DNA of 64,000 nucleotides from Actinomycetota bacterium (GTDB taxonomy: Bacteria > Actinomycetota > Acidimicrobiia > Acidimicrobiales > CAIXPF01), in the NCBI GenBank assembly GCA_034211175.1, contig JAXHUH010000073.1, positions 1-64,000 of the forward strand, given 5' to 3'. The notes under the pieces are model-generated. The model saw only the letters and a program-made list of their open reading frames with translations. It was not told the origin of the DNA and did not search any database. This document shows, one piece after another, positions 22,747 to 31,290 of the stretch. Every line of letters starts with the position of its first letter. The stretch's first letter is position 1. The translations under genes and the position numbers were made by a program.

Positions 22747-23661
22747 GTGCCGACCACGTTGCGACCGGACGTCCTCGTCGCCGGCGGGGACCGCCTCGGT
22801 GAGGGCCCGCTGTGGGACGACCGCACCGGGACGCTCCACTGGATCGACATCAGCGACGGCGAGATCTGGAGCCGCACCGGGCTCGACGACGACGCGACCG
22901 TCGAGCGCCGGACGACTCCGTCGATGGTCGGCACCGTGGCACTCGACGAGGACGGCCGCCTCTTCGCCGGGCTCGTCGACGGCATCGCGGTCCTCGACGG
23001 TGCAGAGGGCGATGCGGTCGCCACGGCGGGAGGCGACCCCGACTGGCGGATGGTGGCCACCTACGGCGATCAGCCGGCCGACGTCCGCAGCAACGACGGC
23101 AAGGCCGACCCGTTCGGCTCGCTGGTCATCGGCACCGCGCACCACGACGGGGCTCCGGATCTCGGGAAGCTCTACCGCCTGCGGCCCGACCGGGCGGACC
23201 TCGAGGTGCTGCTGGAGCCGGTGACGATCTCCAACGGCCTCGACTGGGACGAGACCGGCACCACGCTGACCTACATCGACACCCCGACCCGCACGCTCCG
23301 CCGTTTCCGCTATCGCCCCGACGGCCCGCTCGAACCGACCGGCGACGACCTCGTCGTCGACCGCACGCTCGGCCACCCCGACGGCATGTGCCTCGACGCC
23401 GATGGCTGTGCCTGGGTTGCGCTCTGGGGCGGCGGCGGGGTCGCCCGGTTCACACCGGCGGGTGTGCTCGACACGTTCGTCGAGGTCCCGACGACGAACG
23501 TGACCTGCTGCTGCTTCGCAGGGGCCGACCTCGACCGCCTCGTGATCACCACTGCGTCGCAGGGCCTCGACGCCGGCGCCGACCGGACCCACGCCGGTTC
23601 GGTGTTCGTGGTCGACCCCGGCGTCACGGGTCGGCGGGCCAACCGCATCTGGCGCACCTGA
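22747..23661 (+). CDS. SMP-30/gluconolactonase/LRE family beta-propeller protein
   Basis: 304 aa. GEGPLWD, N-D-G and DxDG blade motifs. Confidence 0.85.
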   Translation: MPTTLRPDVLVAGGDRLGEGPLWDDRTGTLHWIDISDGEIWSRTGLDDDATVERRTTPSMVGTVALDEDGRLFAGLVDGIAVLDGAEGDAVATAGGDPDWRMVATYGDQPADVRSNDGKADPFGSLVIGTAHHDGAPDLGKLYRLRPDRADLEVLLEPVTISNGLDWDETGTTLTYIDTPTRTLRRFRYRPDGPLEPTGDDLVVDRTLGHPDGMCLDADGCAWVALWGGGGVARFTPAGVLDTFVEVPTTNVTCCCFAGADLDRLVITTASQGLDAGADRTHAGSVFVVDPGVTGRRANRIWRT

Positions 23662-23688
23662 CGCCCCGCGCGGAGCGGAGGCTGGTGC

Positions 23689-24165
23689 TCAGACGCGGAT
23701 GCTGCGCTGCACCGCGAAGCGGCCGCCGTCGTCGACGGCCGCGATGAGCAGGCGGGCGAGCTCGGTTCGTCGATCGTCGTCGAGCTCGGCCAGCACCTCG
23801 CCCATCACCCGGGTGCGCACGACGGCGAGGCGCTCGTCGGCCTCGCGGCCCGCGTCGGTGGCGACGACGGCGTGGCGCCTCCGGTCGGCGGGATCGCGGC
23901 GGCGCTCGACGAAGCCGGCGTGCTCGAGGATGTCCAGCACCCCGACGAGGTCCGACGGGTCGAGGAGCAGGTGGTCGCTGATGCCGCGCTGGGAGATCGG
24001 GCCGACGGCGACGACGCAGTGGAGCACGCTCATGCACGGCGGCCGGAAGCCGGTGTCGGCGAGCCAGGTCTCCGCCGCCATCAGCTCCTGGGTCGATTGC
24101 CGGAGCCGGGACGCCACGGCCAGCAGCGCCCAGAACATGTCATCGGGGGACGGCTCCGTCGCCAT
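23689..24165 (-). CDS. MarR family transcriptional regulator
   Basis: 159 aa from ATG 24165. wHTH (SQRGISDHLLLDPSDLVGVLDILEHAGFVERRRDPADRR). Confidence 0.8.
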   Translation of the reverse strand: MATEPSPDDMFWALLAVASRLRQSTQELMAAETWLADTGFRPPCMSVLHCVVAVGPISQRGISDHLLLDPSDLVGVLDILEHAGFVERRRDPADRRRHAVVATDAGREADERLAVVRTRVMGEVLAELDDDRRTELARLLIAAVDDGGRFAVQRSIRV

Positions 24166-24321
24166 CGCCCGATCGTAGCGACCGCAGCCGGAGACGATGG
24201 CGGCGAGCCACGGTTCGAGCCGCGATTCGTGGGTGGCGCCCACGGAATCGTCGTGTGGTCGGGTTCCGCGGGCGGATCCGGCGGGTGGGGCCGGCGGGCC
24301 GGCTCTCGGCGGGTCGGGACC

Positions 24322-25215
24322 TCAGTCGGTGTGGTCGGCAGCCGTAGTCCGGACGCGGTCGGTGAACTCCCGGACGACGTTCGTGAACGGGCCGGGTGCC
24401 TCGAGGTTCACCTGGTGGCCGACGCCGGCGAGCATGCCGACCGATGCGCCCCGCACCTTGGCGACGAGCAACGCTGCGGCGTCGTGCACGTCGGAGGTGG
24501 CGAGCTCGCCGACGAGGACCCGGACCGGCAGCTCGAGCTCGGCCAGGCGGTCGTTGGCCCGCAGCTCGAGGCTGCGGCCGGTGCCGGCGGCCAGGGTCGA
24601 GAGGGACTCCTCGTAGAGCGACCGGCAGCGATCGCGCACCGCGGCGTCGGTCTGGCCCGCCGTCCGGTGCGGGCCGTCGACCCACAGGCGCAGCAGGAGC
24701 TCGATGACGTCCGGCGCGTTGGTCGAACCGGCGGCATCGCGCAGGCGGTCGTTGTGGGCCAGCACGTACGGGTCGCGGTACCGGGCGCCGCTCAGCTCGG
24801 GGGACGCCAGCACGAGCCCGTGCACGCGCTCGGGGTGGGTGAGCGCGGCGTCGACGGCGATTCGGGCGCCGAGGCCCGCGCCGACGAGAACGGCGCGCTC
24901 GAGCGCGAGGTGGTCGAGCAGCGACCGCAGGTCGTCGACGTGGGAGAAGTCGCCGCGCACGGCGGGCGATCGGCCGTGGCCGCGCAGGTCGTAGCGCACG
25001 ACGTCGTGGTCCTCGGCCAGCGAGGCGACCTCGCCGTCCCAGGCGGCGGCCGTGAGTGCCCGGTCGTGGACGAGTACCAGCGGCACGCCGTCGCCGTGGC
25101 GCTCGTGGTGGACCGTGCCCGCACTCGCCCCGGGCTCCGATGCCCCGTGCCCGACTCCACCTGCCGCGTGCTCCCCACCGACGCGGTCGTTGCCGACGTG
25201 TTCACCACCAACCAT
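24322..25215 (-). CDS. alpha/beta hydrolase fold protein
   Basis: HG oxyanion-like (LVLVHD), RGHGRS, and nucleophile-elbow-like GAGLGARIA. Downstream of and co-directional with a TetR gene. Confidence 0.75.
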   Translation of the reverse strand: MVGGEHVGNDRVGGEHAAGGVGHGASEPGASAGTVHHERHGDGVPLVLVHDRALTAAAWDGEVASLAEDHDVVRYDLRGHGRSPAVRGDFSHVDDLRSLLDHLALERAVLVGAGLGARIAVDAALTHPERVHGLVLASPELSGARYRDPYVLAHNDRLRDAAGSTNAPDVIELLLRLWVDGPHRTAGQTDAAVRDRCRSLYEESLSTLAAGTGRSLELRANDRLAELELPVRVLVGELATSDVHDAAALLVAKVRGASVGMLAGVGHQVNLEAPGPFTNVVREFTDRVRTTAADHTD

Positions 25216-25275
25216 GCATCAACTGTACGGAGAGTGGTGTACACGTGACGCACCGTGTCGGGATTTGGGGGAGAA

Positions 25276-25929
25276 TCACCCAGGGGAGGGGCGTCGGGGG
25301 AGCACCTGCTCGGCCATGTCGGTGAGCAGGTCATCGATCGGGGGCCACGGGAACGCCGGGTGGTTGGCCCGCAGGTCGGCGATGCCGTGCACGCCGGTCC
25401 AGAGGTGGACCGCGATGCGGAACGCGTCGCGCTCGTCGGAGCTGCCGTCGTCGGGGGGTTCGGCGTCGAGGCAGCGCTGCACGGCATCGACGATCGCCAC
25501 GAAGCAGCCCGATCCGGGCACCTCCTCGAACGGCACGTCGCCCGCGACCCGGTCGGCGAGGCCGTGGTGGAAGATCGCCTGGTAGCGCCCCGGCTGCTCG
25601 TCGGCGAACTGCAGGTAGGCGCGGCCCATCGCCACCAGCGCGGCGAACGGGTCGTCGATCCCGTCGGTCGCGGCGGCGAGGTGCTGCTCGAAGTCGCCGA
25701 ACCGGGCCTCCACCACCGCCAGCAGCAGGTCGTCGAGGTCGTCGAAGTGCCGGTACACCGACGGGGCGCTGACGCCCGCCTCGGTCGCGACGGCCCGAAG
25801 TGAGAGCGCCTCGACGGCCCCGTGCTGCTCGAGGAGTCGGCTGGCCGCGTCGATCAGCTCGTCGCGCAGCTTCTGGCCCTCGCCGCGTCGGTTCCGCTTC
25901 CGGGTGGTCGTCTGCTTCTGGCTCTCCAT
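25276..25929 (-). CDS. TetR/AcrR family transcriptional regulator
   Basis: N-terminal TetR HTH (LRAVATEAGVSAPSVYRHF). Confidence 0.85.
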   Translation of the reverse strand: MESQKQTTTRKRNRRGEGQKLRDELIDAASRLLEQHGAVEALSLRAVATEAGVSAPSVYRHFDDLDDLLLAVVEARFGDFEQHLAAATDGIDDPFAALVAMGRAYLQFADEQPGRYQAIFHHGLADRVAGDVPFEEVPGSGCFVAIVDAVQRCLDAEPPDDGSSDERDAFRIAVHLWTGVHGIADLRANHPAFPWPPIDDLLTDMAEQVLPRRPSPG

Positions 25930-26110
25930 GCGCCCACCAGTGTGCGTCAGCTCGCGCTGTGTCGGAGGACACCGTGGACACGAGCGTCAATACGTCTTAA
26001 GGTCCTGCCCGTTAGCTTACATTCGTAAAGCTAAGAACGTGAGTTCACGACCGTGAACCGATGTGTGTGCCGTGCCGTCGGGCGGTCGGAGCGTCGGGCC
26101 GGGGTGGACC

Positions 26111-28390
26111 ATGCGGAGGAGGGACCCGATGTTCACCCGATTGTCCGAGCTCACCTTCACGAGACGCCGGCTGGTGCTCGTCGTGACCGTCGTGGCCGTG
26201 GCGCTCGCCGCCGCGGTCGGCTCCGGTGTCTTCGGCCGCCTCTCCGGAGGGGGCTTCGACGACCCCGACGCCGAGGCGATCCGGGCCGCCGAGGTGCTCG
26301 ACGAACGCTTCGACGCCGGCTCACCCGACCTCGTGCTGCTCGTCGATGCCGCCGGGGGAGACGTCGACGCCGACGCGGTCGCCGCCGCCGGCGTCGCCCT
26401 CACCGAGGAGGTCGGTGGCCTCGACGGGGTCGGCCGGGCGATCTCCTACTGGACGGCCGGTCGGCCGCCGTCGCTGCGCAGCGGCACCGGGGACGGTGCG
26501 CTCGTCCTCGTCCGACTCGACGGCGACGAGGACGCACAGGACGCCAGCGCGGAGCACGTCGCCGAGGTCGTCGAGCGGGCGAACGCCGACGCGGACGGTC
26601 TGATCGATGTCGGCGTCGGCGGACCGACCCAGGTGTTCACCGAGGTCTCCGAGACGATCGAGGGTGACCTCGCCCGGGCCGAGTCCATCGCTGTGCCGAT
26701 CACGTTGGTGCTGCTCGTCGTCGTGTTCGGCGGCCTGGTCGCCGCGTTGTTGCCCCTCGCCGTGGGCATGGTCGCGGTGTTCGGCGGGTTCGCCGTGCTC
26801 GTCGGCGTCACCATGTTCACCGACGTGTCGGTGTTCTCGATCAACCTGATCACCGCGATGGGCCTCGGCCTCGCCATCGACTACAGCCTGTTCATCGTCA
26901 ACCGGTTCCGTGAGGAGCTCGACGCCGGCCACGAGGTCCGGGACGCGATCTCCCGCACCGTGCGGACCGCCGGGCGCACCGTCGCCTTCAGCGGGGTCAC
27001 GGTGGCCGTGTCGCTGGCCGCGCTGCTCGTCTTCCCGCTCTACTTCCTGCGCTCGTTCGCCTGGGCCGGCATCGGTGTCGTCGCCGTCGCCGTGCTCACC
27101 TCGACCGTCGCCCTGCCTGCGCTGCTCGCGGTGCTCGGCCACCGGGTCGACCGCCTCCGGATCGGGCATCGCCGGCCGGTGGTCTCTGCCGATGGCTTCT
27201 GGTCCCGCACCGCCCACGCGGTGATGGCCCGCCCGTGGCCCTTCGCACTCGGCGTGACGCTGGTCCTCGTCGTGGCGGGCCTGCCGTTCTTCGGCGTGCA
27301 ATGGGGCCTGCCCGACGACCGGGTGCTCCCCGAGGATGCACCGGCCCGGGTCGTGAGCGACGAGCTGCGCGCCGACTTCGATGCTGGCGAGCAGGACGCC
27401 TTCGGCGTGGCCCTCCTCGGTCCGGGCGCCGCCACGGATGCCGCCGACGGGCTGGCCGCGTACGCCGCACTGGTGTCGCGGGTCGACGGCGTCGCCCGGG
27501 TCGACTCCGCCGTCGGCCACCACGCCGGCGGCGAGCTGGTCGCCGGGCCCGACGCCACGACGCTCCGCTTCCCGGCCGAGGGCGACACGTGGATCTCGGT
27601 CGTCGCGTCCGTCGAGGACATCTCGCCGGAGGCCGAGGCGATGATCGCCGACATCCGCTCGATCGACGCGCCCTACGACGAGGCACTCGTGGGCGGCACC
27701 TCGGCCGAGCTCGTCGACTCGAAGGCCGCGATCTTCGGCCTCGTCCCGTGGGCCGCGCTCTTGATCGCGGCGTCGACGTTCGTGCTGCTGTTCCTGATGT
27801 TCGGGAGCGTGGTCGTGCCGGCGAAGGCGATCGTGCTGAACCTGCTGTCGCTGACCGCGACGTTCGGGGCCATCGTCTGGGTCTTCCAGGAGGGCCACGG
27901 CGCCGGGCTCCTCGACTTCACGCCCACCGGCCTGACCGACACGTCGATGCCGATCCTCATGTTCTGCATCGCCTTCGGCCTGTCCATGGACTACGAGGTC
28001 TTCCTGCTCTCGCGCATCAAGGAGGAGTACGACCGCACCGGCGACAACACCGCGTCGGTGGCAACCGGCCTGCAGCGCACCGGCCGGCTCGTCACCGCCG
28101 CGGCGGCGCTGCTGTCGGTCACGTTCATCGCCTTCGGCACCTCCGAGATCACCTTCATCAAGATGTTCGGCGTCGGGCTCGCCATGGCCATCCTCGTGGA
28201 TGCGTCGCTGGTGCGTGCGCTGCTGGTGCCGGCGTTCATGCGCCTCGCCGGCGACGCCAACTGGTGGGCGCCCGCCGCGCTGCGCCGGCTCCACGACCGC
28301 ATCGGGATCAGCGAGCACGTCGAGCTCGACGACCCCGCCGCCGCGGATCGCGACCCGGCCGACGACGACCGTCCGTCGGTCCCCGCCTGA
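26111..28390 (+). CDS. MMPL family (RND superfamily) transporter
   Basis: ~760 aa. Two 6-TM bundles each followed by a periplasmic domain. Conserved MMPL segments (GLAIDYSLFIVNRFREE; GLSMDYEVFLLSRIKEE). Confidence 0.9.
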   Translation: MRRRDPMFTRLSELTFTRRRLVLVVTVVAVALAAAVGSGVFGRLSGGGFDDPDAEAIRAAEVLDERFDAGSPDLVLLVDAAGGDVDADAVAAAGVALTEEVGGLDGVGRAISYWTAGRPPSLRSGTGDGALVLVRLDGDEDAQDASAEHVAEVVERANADADGLIDVGVGGPTQVFTEVSETIEGDLARAESIAVPITLVLLVVVFGGLVAALLPLAVGMVAVFGGFAVLVGVTMFTDVSVFSINLITAMGLGLAIDYSLFIVNRFREELDAGHEVRDAISRTVRTAGRTVAFSGVTVAVSLAALLVFPLYFLRSFAWAGIGVVAVAVLTSTVALPALLAVLGHRVDRLRIGHRRPVVSADGFWSRTAHAVMARPWPFALGVTLVLVVAGLPFFGVQWGLPDDRVLPEDAPARVVSDELRADFDAGEQDAFGVALLGPGAATDAADGLAAYAALVSRVDGVARVDSAVGHHAGGELVAGPDATTLRFPAEGDTWISVVASVEDISPEAEAMIADIRSIDAPYDEALVGGTSAELVDSKAAIFGLVPWAALLIAASTFVLLFLMFGSVVVPAKAIVLNLLSLTATFGAIVWVFQEGHGAGLLDFTPTGLTDTSMPILMFCIAFGLSMDYEVFLLSRIKEEYDRTGDNTASVATGLQRTGRLVTAAAALLSVTFIAFGTSEITFIKMFGVGLAMAILVDASLVRALLVPAFMRLAGDANWWAPAALRRLHDRIGISEHVELDDPAAADRDPADDDRPSVPA

Positions 28391-28478
28391 GCGGCGGAGA
28401 GCGGGAGCACGGCCTGAGCGGCGGAGAGCGGGGGCACGGCCTGAGCGGCGGAGAGCGGGGGCACGGCCTGAGGCGAGG
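28386..28478. repeat. three perfect or near-perfect 27-bp tandem repeats (CCTGAGCGGCGGAGAGCGGG[A/G]GCACGG) plus a 12-bp partial fourth copy
   Basis: Read directly. The first copy contains the MMPL TGA stop (28388-28390). Each following copy re-presents an in-frame TGA. The array lies ~45 bp upstream of the next gene. Confidence 0.8.
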
Positions 28479-28524
28479 TTCCCCACGCCGGGGGAGTTTC
28501 GGCTCGTGCGCCAGCGGGTACCGG

Positions 28525-30114
28525 GTGCCGGTGAGCCAGCCAGCTCCCCGTGACGGGCGACCCGATCCGACCACCGATGACCGGCGCCTCCGGGTGCTGG
28601 TCATCGGCGCGACCGGCTACGTCGGTGGCCGCCTGACCCCCCGCCTCCTCGCCGAGGGCCACCGCGTCCGTTGTCTGGTGCGGCGGCCGCCGAAGCTCAC
28701 CGCCCGTGTCTGGCACGAGCGGGTCGAGGTCCACAAGGGCGACGTCACCGACGCCGAGTCCCTCGAGGGTGCGTTCGACGACATCGACGTCGTCTACCAC
28801 CTGGTGCACTCGATGGGCGGCGGCGACGACTTCGCCGAGGTCGACCGGAAGGCCGCGGCCAACGTCGCCGAGGCCGCGGCCGCTGCCGGGGTCCGCCAGA
28901 TCGTCTACCTCGGCGGCCTCGGTGACGAGTCCGACCCGTCGGGTGCCGCGGCCGCGCTGTCACCCCACCTCGAGAGCCGCCACGAGGTCGGGCGCGTGCT
29001 CGCGTCCGGGTCGGTGCCGGTGACCGAGCTGCGGGCGGCCGTGATCATCGGGTCCGGCTCGGCGTCGTTCGAGATGCTGCGCTCCCTGGTCGAGGTGCTG
29101 CCGGCGATGATCACCCCGTCGTGGGTGCGCCGGTCGCGGTGCCAGCCGATCGCCATCGCCGACGTCCTCGACGACCTCGTCGGCGTTGCCGGGCTCGAGG
29201 ACGCCATGGGGCAGGTGCTCGACATCGGCGGCACCGACGTCGTGACCTACCAGGAGATGATGGTCACCTTCGCCGAGGTCGCCGAGCTGAACCGGCGCAT
29301 CGTCGTGCCCGTGCCGCTGATCTCGCCCCGGCTCAGCACCCACTGGGTCAACCTCGTCACCCCACTGCCGATCGGGCTGGCCCGGGAGCTGGTCAGCAGC
29401 CTGGTCAACGACGTCGTCGTCCGCGACGACCACGACATCAACCGCGTGCTGCCCCGCGAGCGCCTCGGGTTCCGCGAGGCGATCGCCGACGCGCTGGCCC
29501 GCATCGAGGACCGCGAGGCATCGACGAGCTGGTCCGACGCCAGCCTGGCCAGCCGCCCGGCCGAGCCGTGGAACTACGACCCGTCGTGGGCCGGCGCGAC
29601 CCTCTACGACGACGTCCGCACCCGCACGACGACGGCGTCGCCCGAGCGCACGTTCCGCACCATCGAGGGTGTCGGCGGGCGGCGCAGCTGGTACGTCGCC
29701 GATCCGCTGTGGAAGCTGCGTGGCCTGATCGACAAGCTCGTCGGCGGCGTCGGCCTGTCCCGGGGTCGGCGCGACCCCGACGAGCTGCGGGTCGGTGACG
29801 CGCTCGACTTCTGGCGGGTCGAGGAGCTCGACGAGCCGACCCGCCTGCGCCTGCGGGCCGAGATGCGCCTCCCGGGCCGGGCGTGGCTCGAGTGGCGGCT
29901 GCGGGGCCTCCCCGACGGGGGTGCCGAGGTCACCCAGCGGGCGATCTACCACCCGAAGGGCCTGGCCGGACGCGCCTACTGGTGGGTCCTGTGGCCGTTC
30001 CACGGGGTGATCTTCCCCCGCATGCTGCGTCGCCTCGTCGCCGAGGCCGAGGAGAAGGCCGCCGCGGCCGGCTCGAACGGCGGTCGCGCCCGGTCCCCGG
30101 TCGCCGCGGGCTGA
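28525..30114 (+). CDS. NAD(P)H-binding (NmrA/SDR-like) domain fused to DUF2867
   Basis: Rossmann motif VLVIGATGYVGGRL, then a DUF2867-like C-terminal half. GTG start near 28525 assumed. The 959-aa track ORF is an artefact that extends upstream antisense to the MMPL gene. Confidence 0.75.
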   Translation: MPVSQPAPRDGRPDPTTDDRRLRVLVIGATGYVGGRLTPRLLAEGHRVRCLVRRPPKLTARVWHERVEVHKGDVTDAESLEGAFDDIDVVYHLVHSMGGGDDFAEVDRKAAANVAEAAAAAGVRQIVYLGGLGDESDPSGAAAALSPHLESRHEVGRVLASGSVPVTELRAAVIIGSGSASFEMLRSLVEVLPAMITPSWVRRSRCQPIAIADVLDDLVGVAGLEDAMGQVLDIGGTDVVTYQEMMVTFAEVAELNRRIVVPVPLISPRLSTHWVNLVTPLPIGLARELVSSLVNDVVVRDDHDINRVLPRERLGFREAIADALARIEDREASTSWSDASLASRPAEPWNYDPSWAGATLYDDVRTRTTTASPERTFRTIEGVGGRRSWYVADPLWKLRGLIDKLVGGVGLSRGRRDPDELRVGDALDFWRVEELDEPTRLRLRAEMRLPGRAWLEWRLRGLPDGGAEVTQRAIYHPKGLAGRAYWWVLWPFHGVIFPRMLRRLVAEAEEKAAAAGSNGGRARSPVAAG

Positions 30115-30138
30115 CGGTTCGGGCCGCGGCGCGGTCCG

Positions 30139-30567
30139 TCACTCCACCAGCTTGCGCAACAGCCCGTCGAGCGTGGCCCGCTCCTCGTCGGTGAGCACGG
30201 CGAACGCCTCCCGGTCGACGTCGCGGACCACGGGGTAGGCGCGCCCCAGCAGCTCGTGGCCGGCGTCGGTGACGACGAGGTTCGACGGGCGACCGCGTCC
30301 GGCGTCACCGCGCTCGATCAGCCCGGCCGACGCCAGGCTGCGCAGCAGCTCGCTCATGCTCTGCGGGGTGATCAGCACCCGTCGTGCCAGTTCACCCTGG
30401 CTCAGCGTCTCGTCGTCGGCCACGAGGGCCAGGACGCTGAACTGGCGCGGATTGATGCCGCTCTCCCGCAGTGCCTCGTGCCACGACCGGGAGACGGTGT
30501 CGGCGGCGCGGGCGAGCAGGTAGCCGAGCTGGCGGTCGGGCTCCAGGGGCGCGCTCGGATCGTCCAC
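30139..30567 (-). CDS. MarR family transcriptional regulator
   Basis: wHTH (LSQGELARRVLITPQSMSELLRSLASAGLIERGDAGRGRPSNLVVTDAG). GTG start at 30567 assumed. Confidence 0.8.
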   Translation of the reverse strand: MDDPSAPLEPDRQLGYLLARAADTVSRSWHEALRESGINPRQFSVLALVADDETLSQGELARRVLITPQSMSELLRSLASAGLIERGDAGRGRPSNLVVTDAGHELLGRAYPVVRDVDREAFAVLTDEERATLDGLLRKLVE

Positions 30568-30611
30568 GACGTCGTACCTACACCCCCCTGCGACGGAACC
30601 GCCACGCGAGC

Positions 30612-30651
30612 CATCAGGTTCCTGATACTCTCCTCTATCAGGAACCTGATG
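30612..30651. promoter_or_regulatory. perfect 16/16 inverted repeat CATCAGGTTCCTGATA-N8-TATCAGGAACCTGATG (each arm itself near-palindromic) in the MarR/DUF1772 divergent intergenic region
   Basis: Read directly. Lower-GC island, 45 nt upstream of the MarR start and 70 nt upstream of the DUF1772 start. Confidence 0.6.
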
Positions 30652-30720
30652 GTCTGCGCGCGGTCGTCGGGTGCTGGTCGAGGTCCGGTGGATGCCGGAC
30701 GTGGTGAACGGGAGGCAGCA

Positions 30721-31272
30721 GTGACGACGACGGGAACAGGGGCCGCGGCGGGGATCGCGGCGATCTCGGGAGGTGCCGACGAGCGCCCGTGGCGTCGGTG
30801 GTCGACGCTCGGGGCGGTGCTCGGGCTCCTGCACTGGTTCTTCGGCAACCTCTACGAAGCCGTCGTCATCTCGCCGAACTGGGTCGTCGAGTCGCCCGCG
30901 CAGCTCACGCGGCTCAACGACTTCTTCGCGCGGACCAGCCCGACCCTCTACTTCGTGCCGGTGCTGGTCGTGGCGGTTGCGCTGACCTGGTGGCTGTGGG
31001 CGACGGCCCGCGGCTCGGTCGCCGCCACCGCCTACCGCCGCGCCGGCTGGTTGGCCGTGGTGGCGATGGCGGTCAACACGGTCGTCGTCGTGACCGTCGT
31101 GAGCGTGCTCTTCGGAGACGAGGCGACGCGGGCCGACGCCGATCTCACCGCCTACGCGTGGCGGTGGAACGTGCTCAACGTCGTCCGCATGGTCCTCGTC
31201 GCCGCGACCGCCGTCCAGCTGTTCGAGGCCTTTCGCCGGCTCGACCGGGCGGCCGAGCCGGCGCAGACCTGA
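30721..31272 (+). CDS. DUF1772-like (anthrone-oxygenase-like) small membrane protein
   Basis: 183 aa from GTG 30721 with a GGGAGG SD 8 nt upstream. Four hydrophobic helices and conserved Trp-rich segments. Confidence 0.6.
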   Translation: MTTTGTGAAAGIAAISGGADERPWRRWSTLGAVLGLLHWFFGNLYEAVVISPNWVVESPAQLTRLNDFFARTSPTLYFVPVLVVAVALTWWLWATARGSVAATAYRRAGWLAVVAMAVNTVVVVTVVSVLFGDEATRADADLTAYAWRWNVLNVVRMVLVAATAVQLFEAFRRLDRAAEPAQT

Positions 31273-31290
31273 CGGCGGCGCCCCGGCGGC

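Noticed and set aside
28386-28478. Possible CRISPR array
   Set aside because: Units abut head-to-tail with no spacers. Only three copies. No cas genes.
26321-28486. 721-aa minus-strand ORF antisense to the MMPL gene, beginning with repeated RAPALRRSG units
   Set aside because: The repeated N-terminus is just the 27-bp DNA repeat translated. The rest is Arg/Asp/Gly-rich antisense noise.
27235-28524. N-terminal 430 codons of the 959-aa plus-strand ORF
   Set aside because: An out-of-frame read across the MMPL gene with RRRR/PGR composition. The real protein (NAD-binding + DUF2867) starts near 28525.
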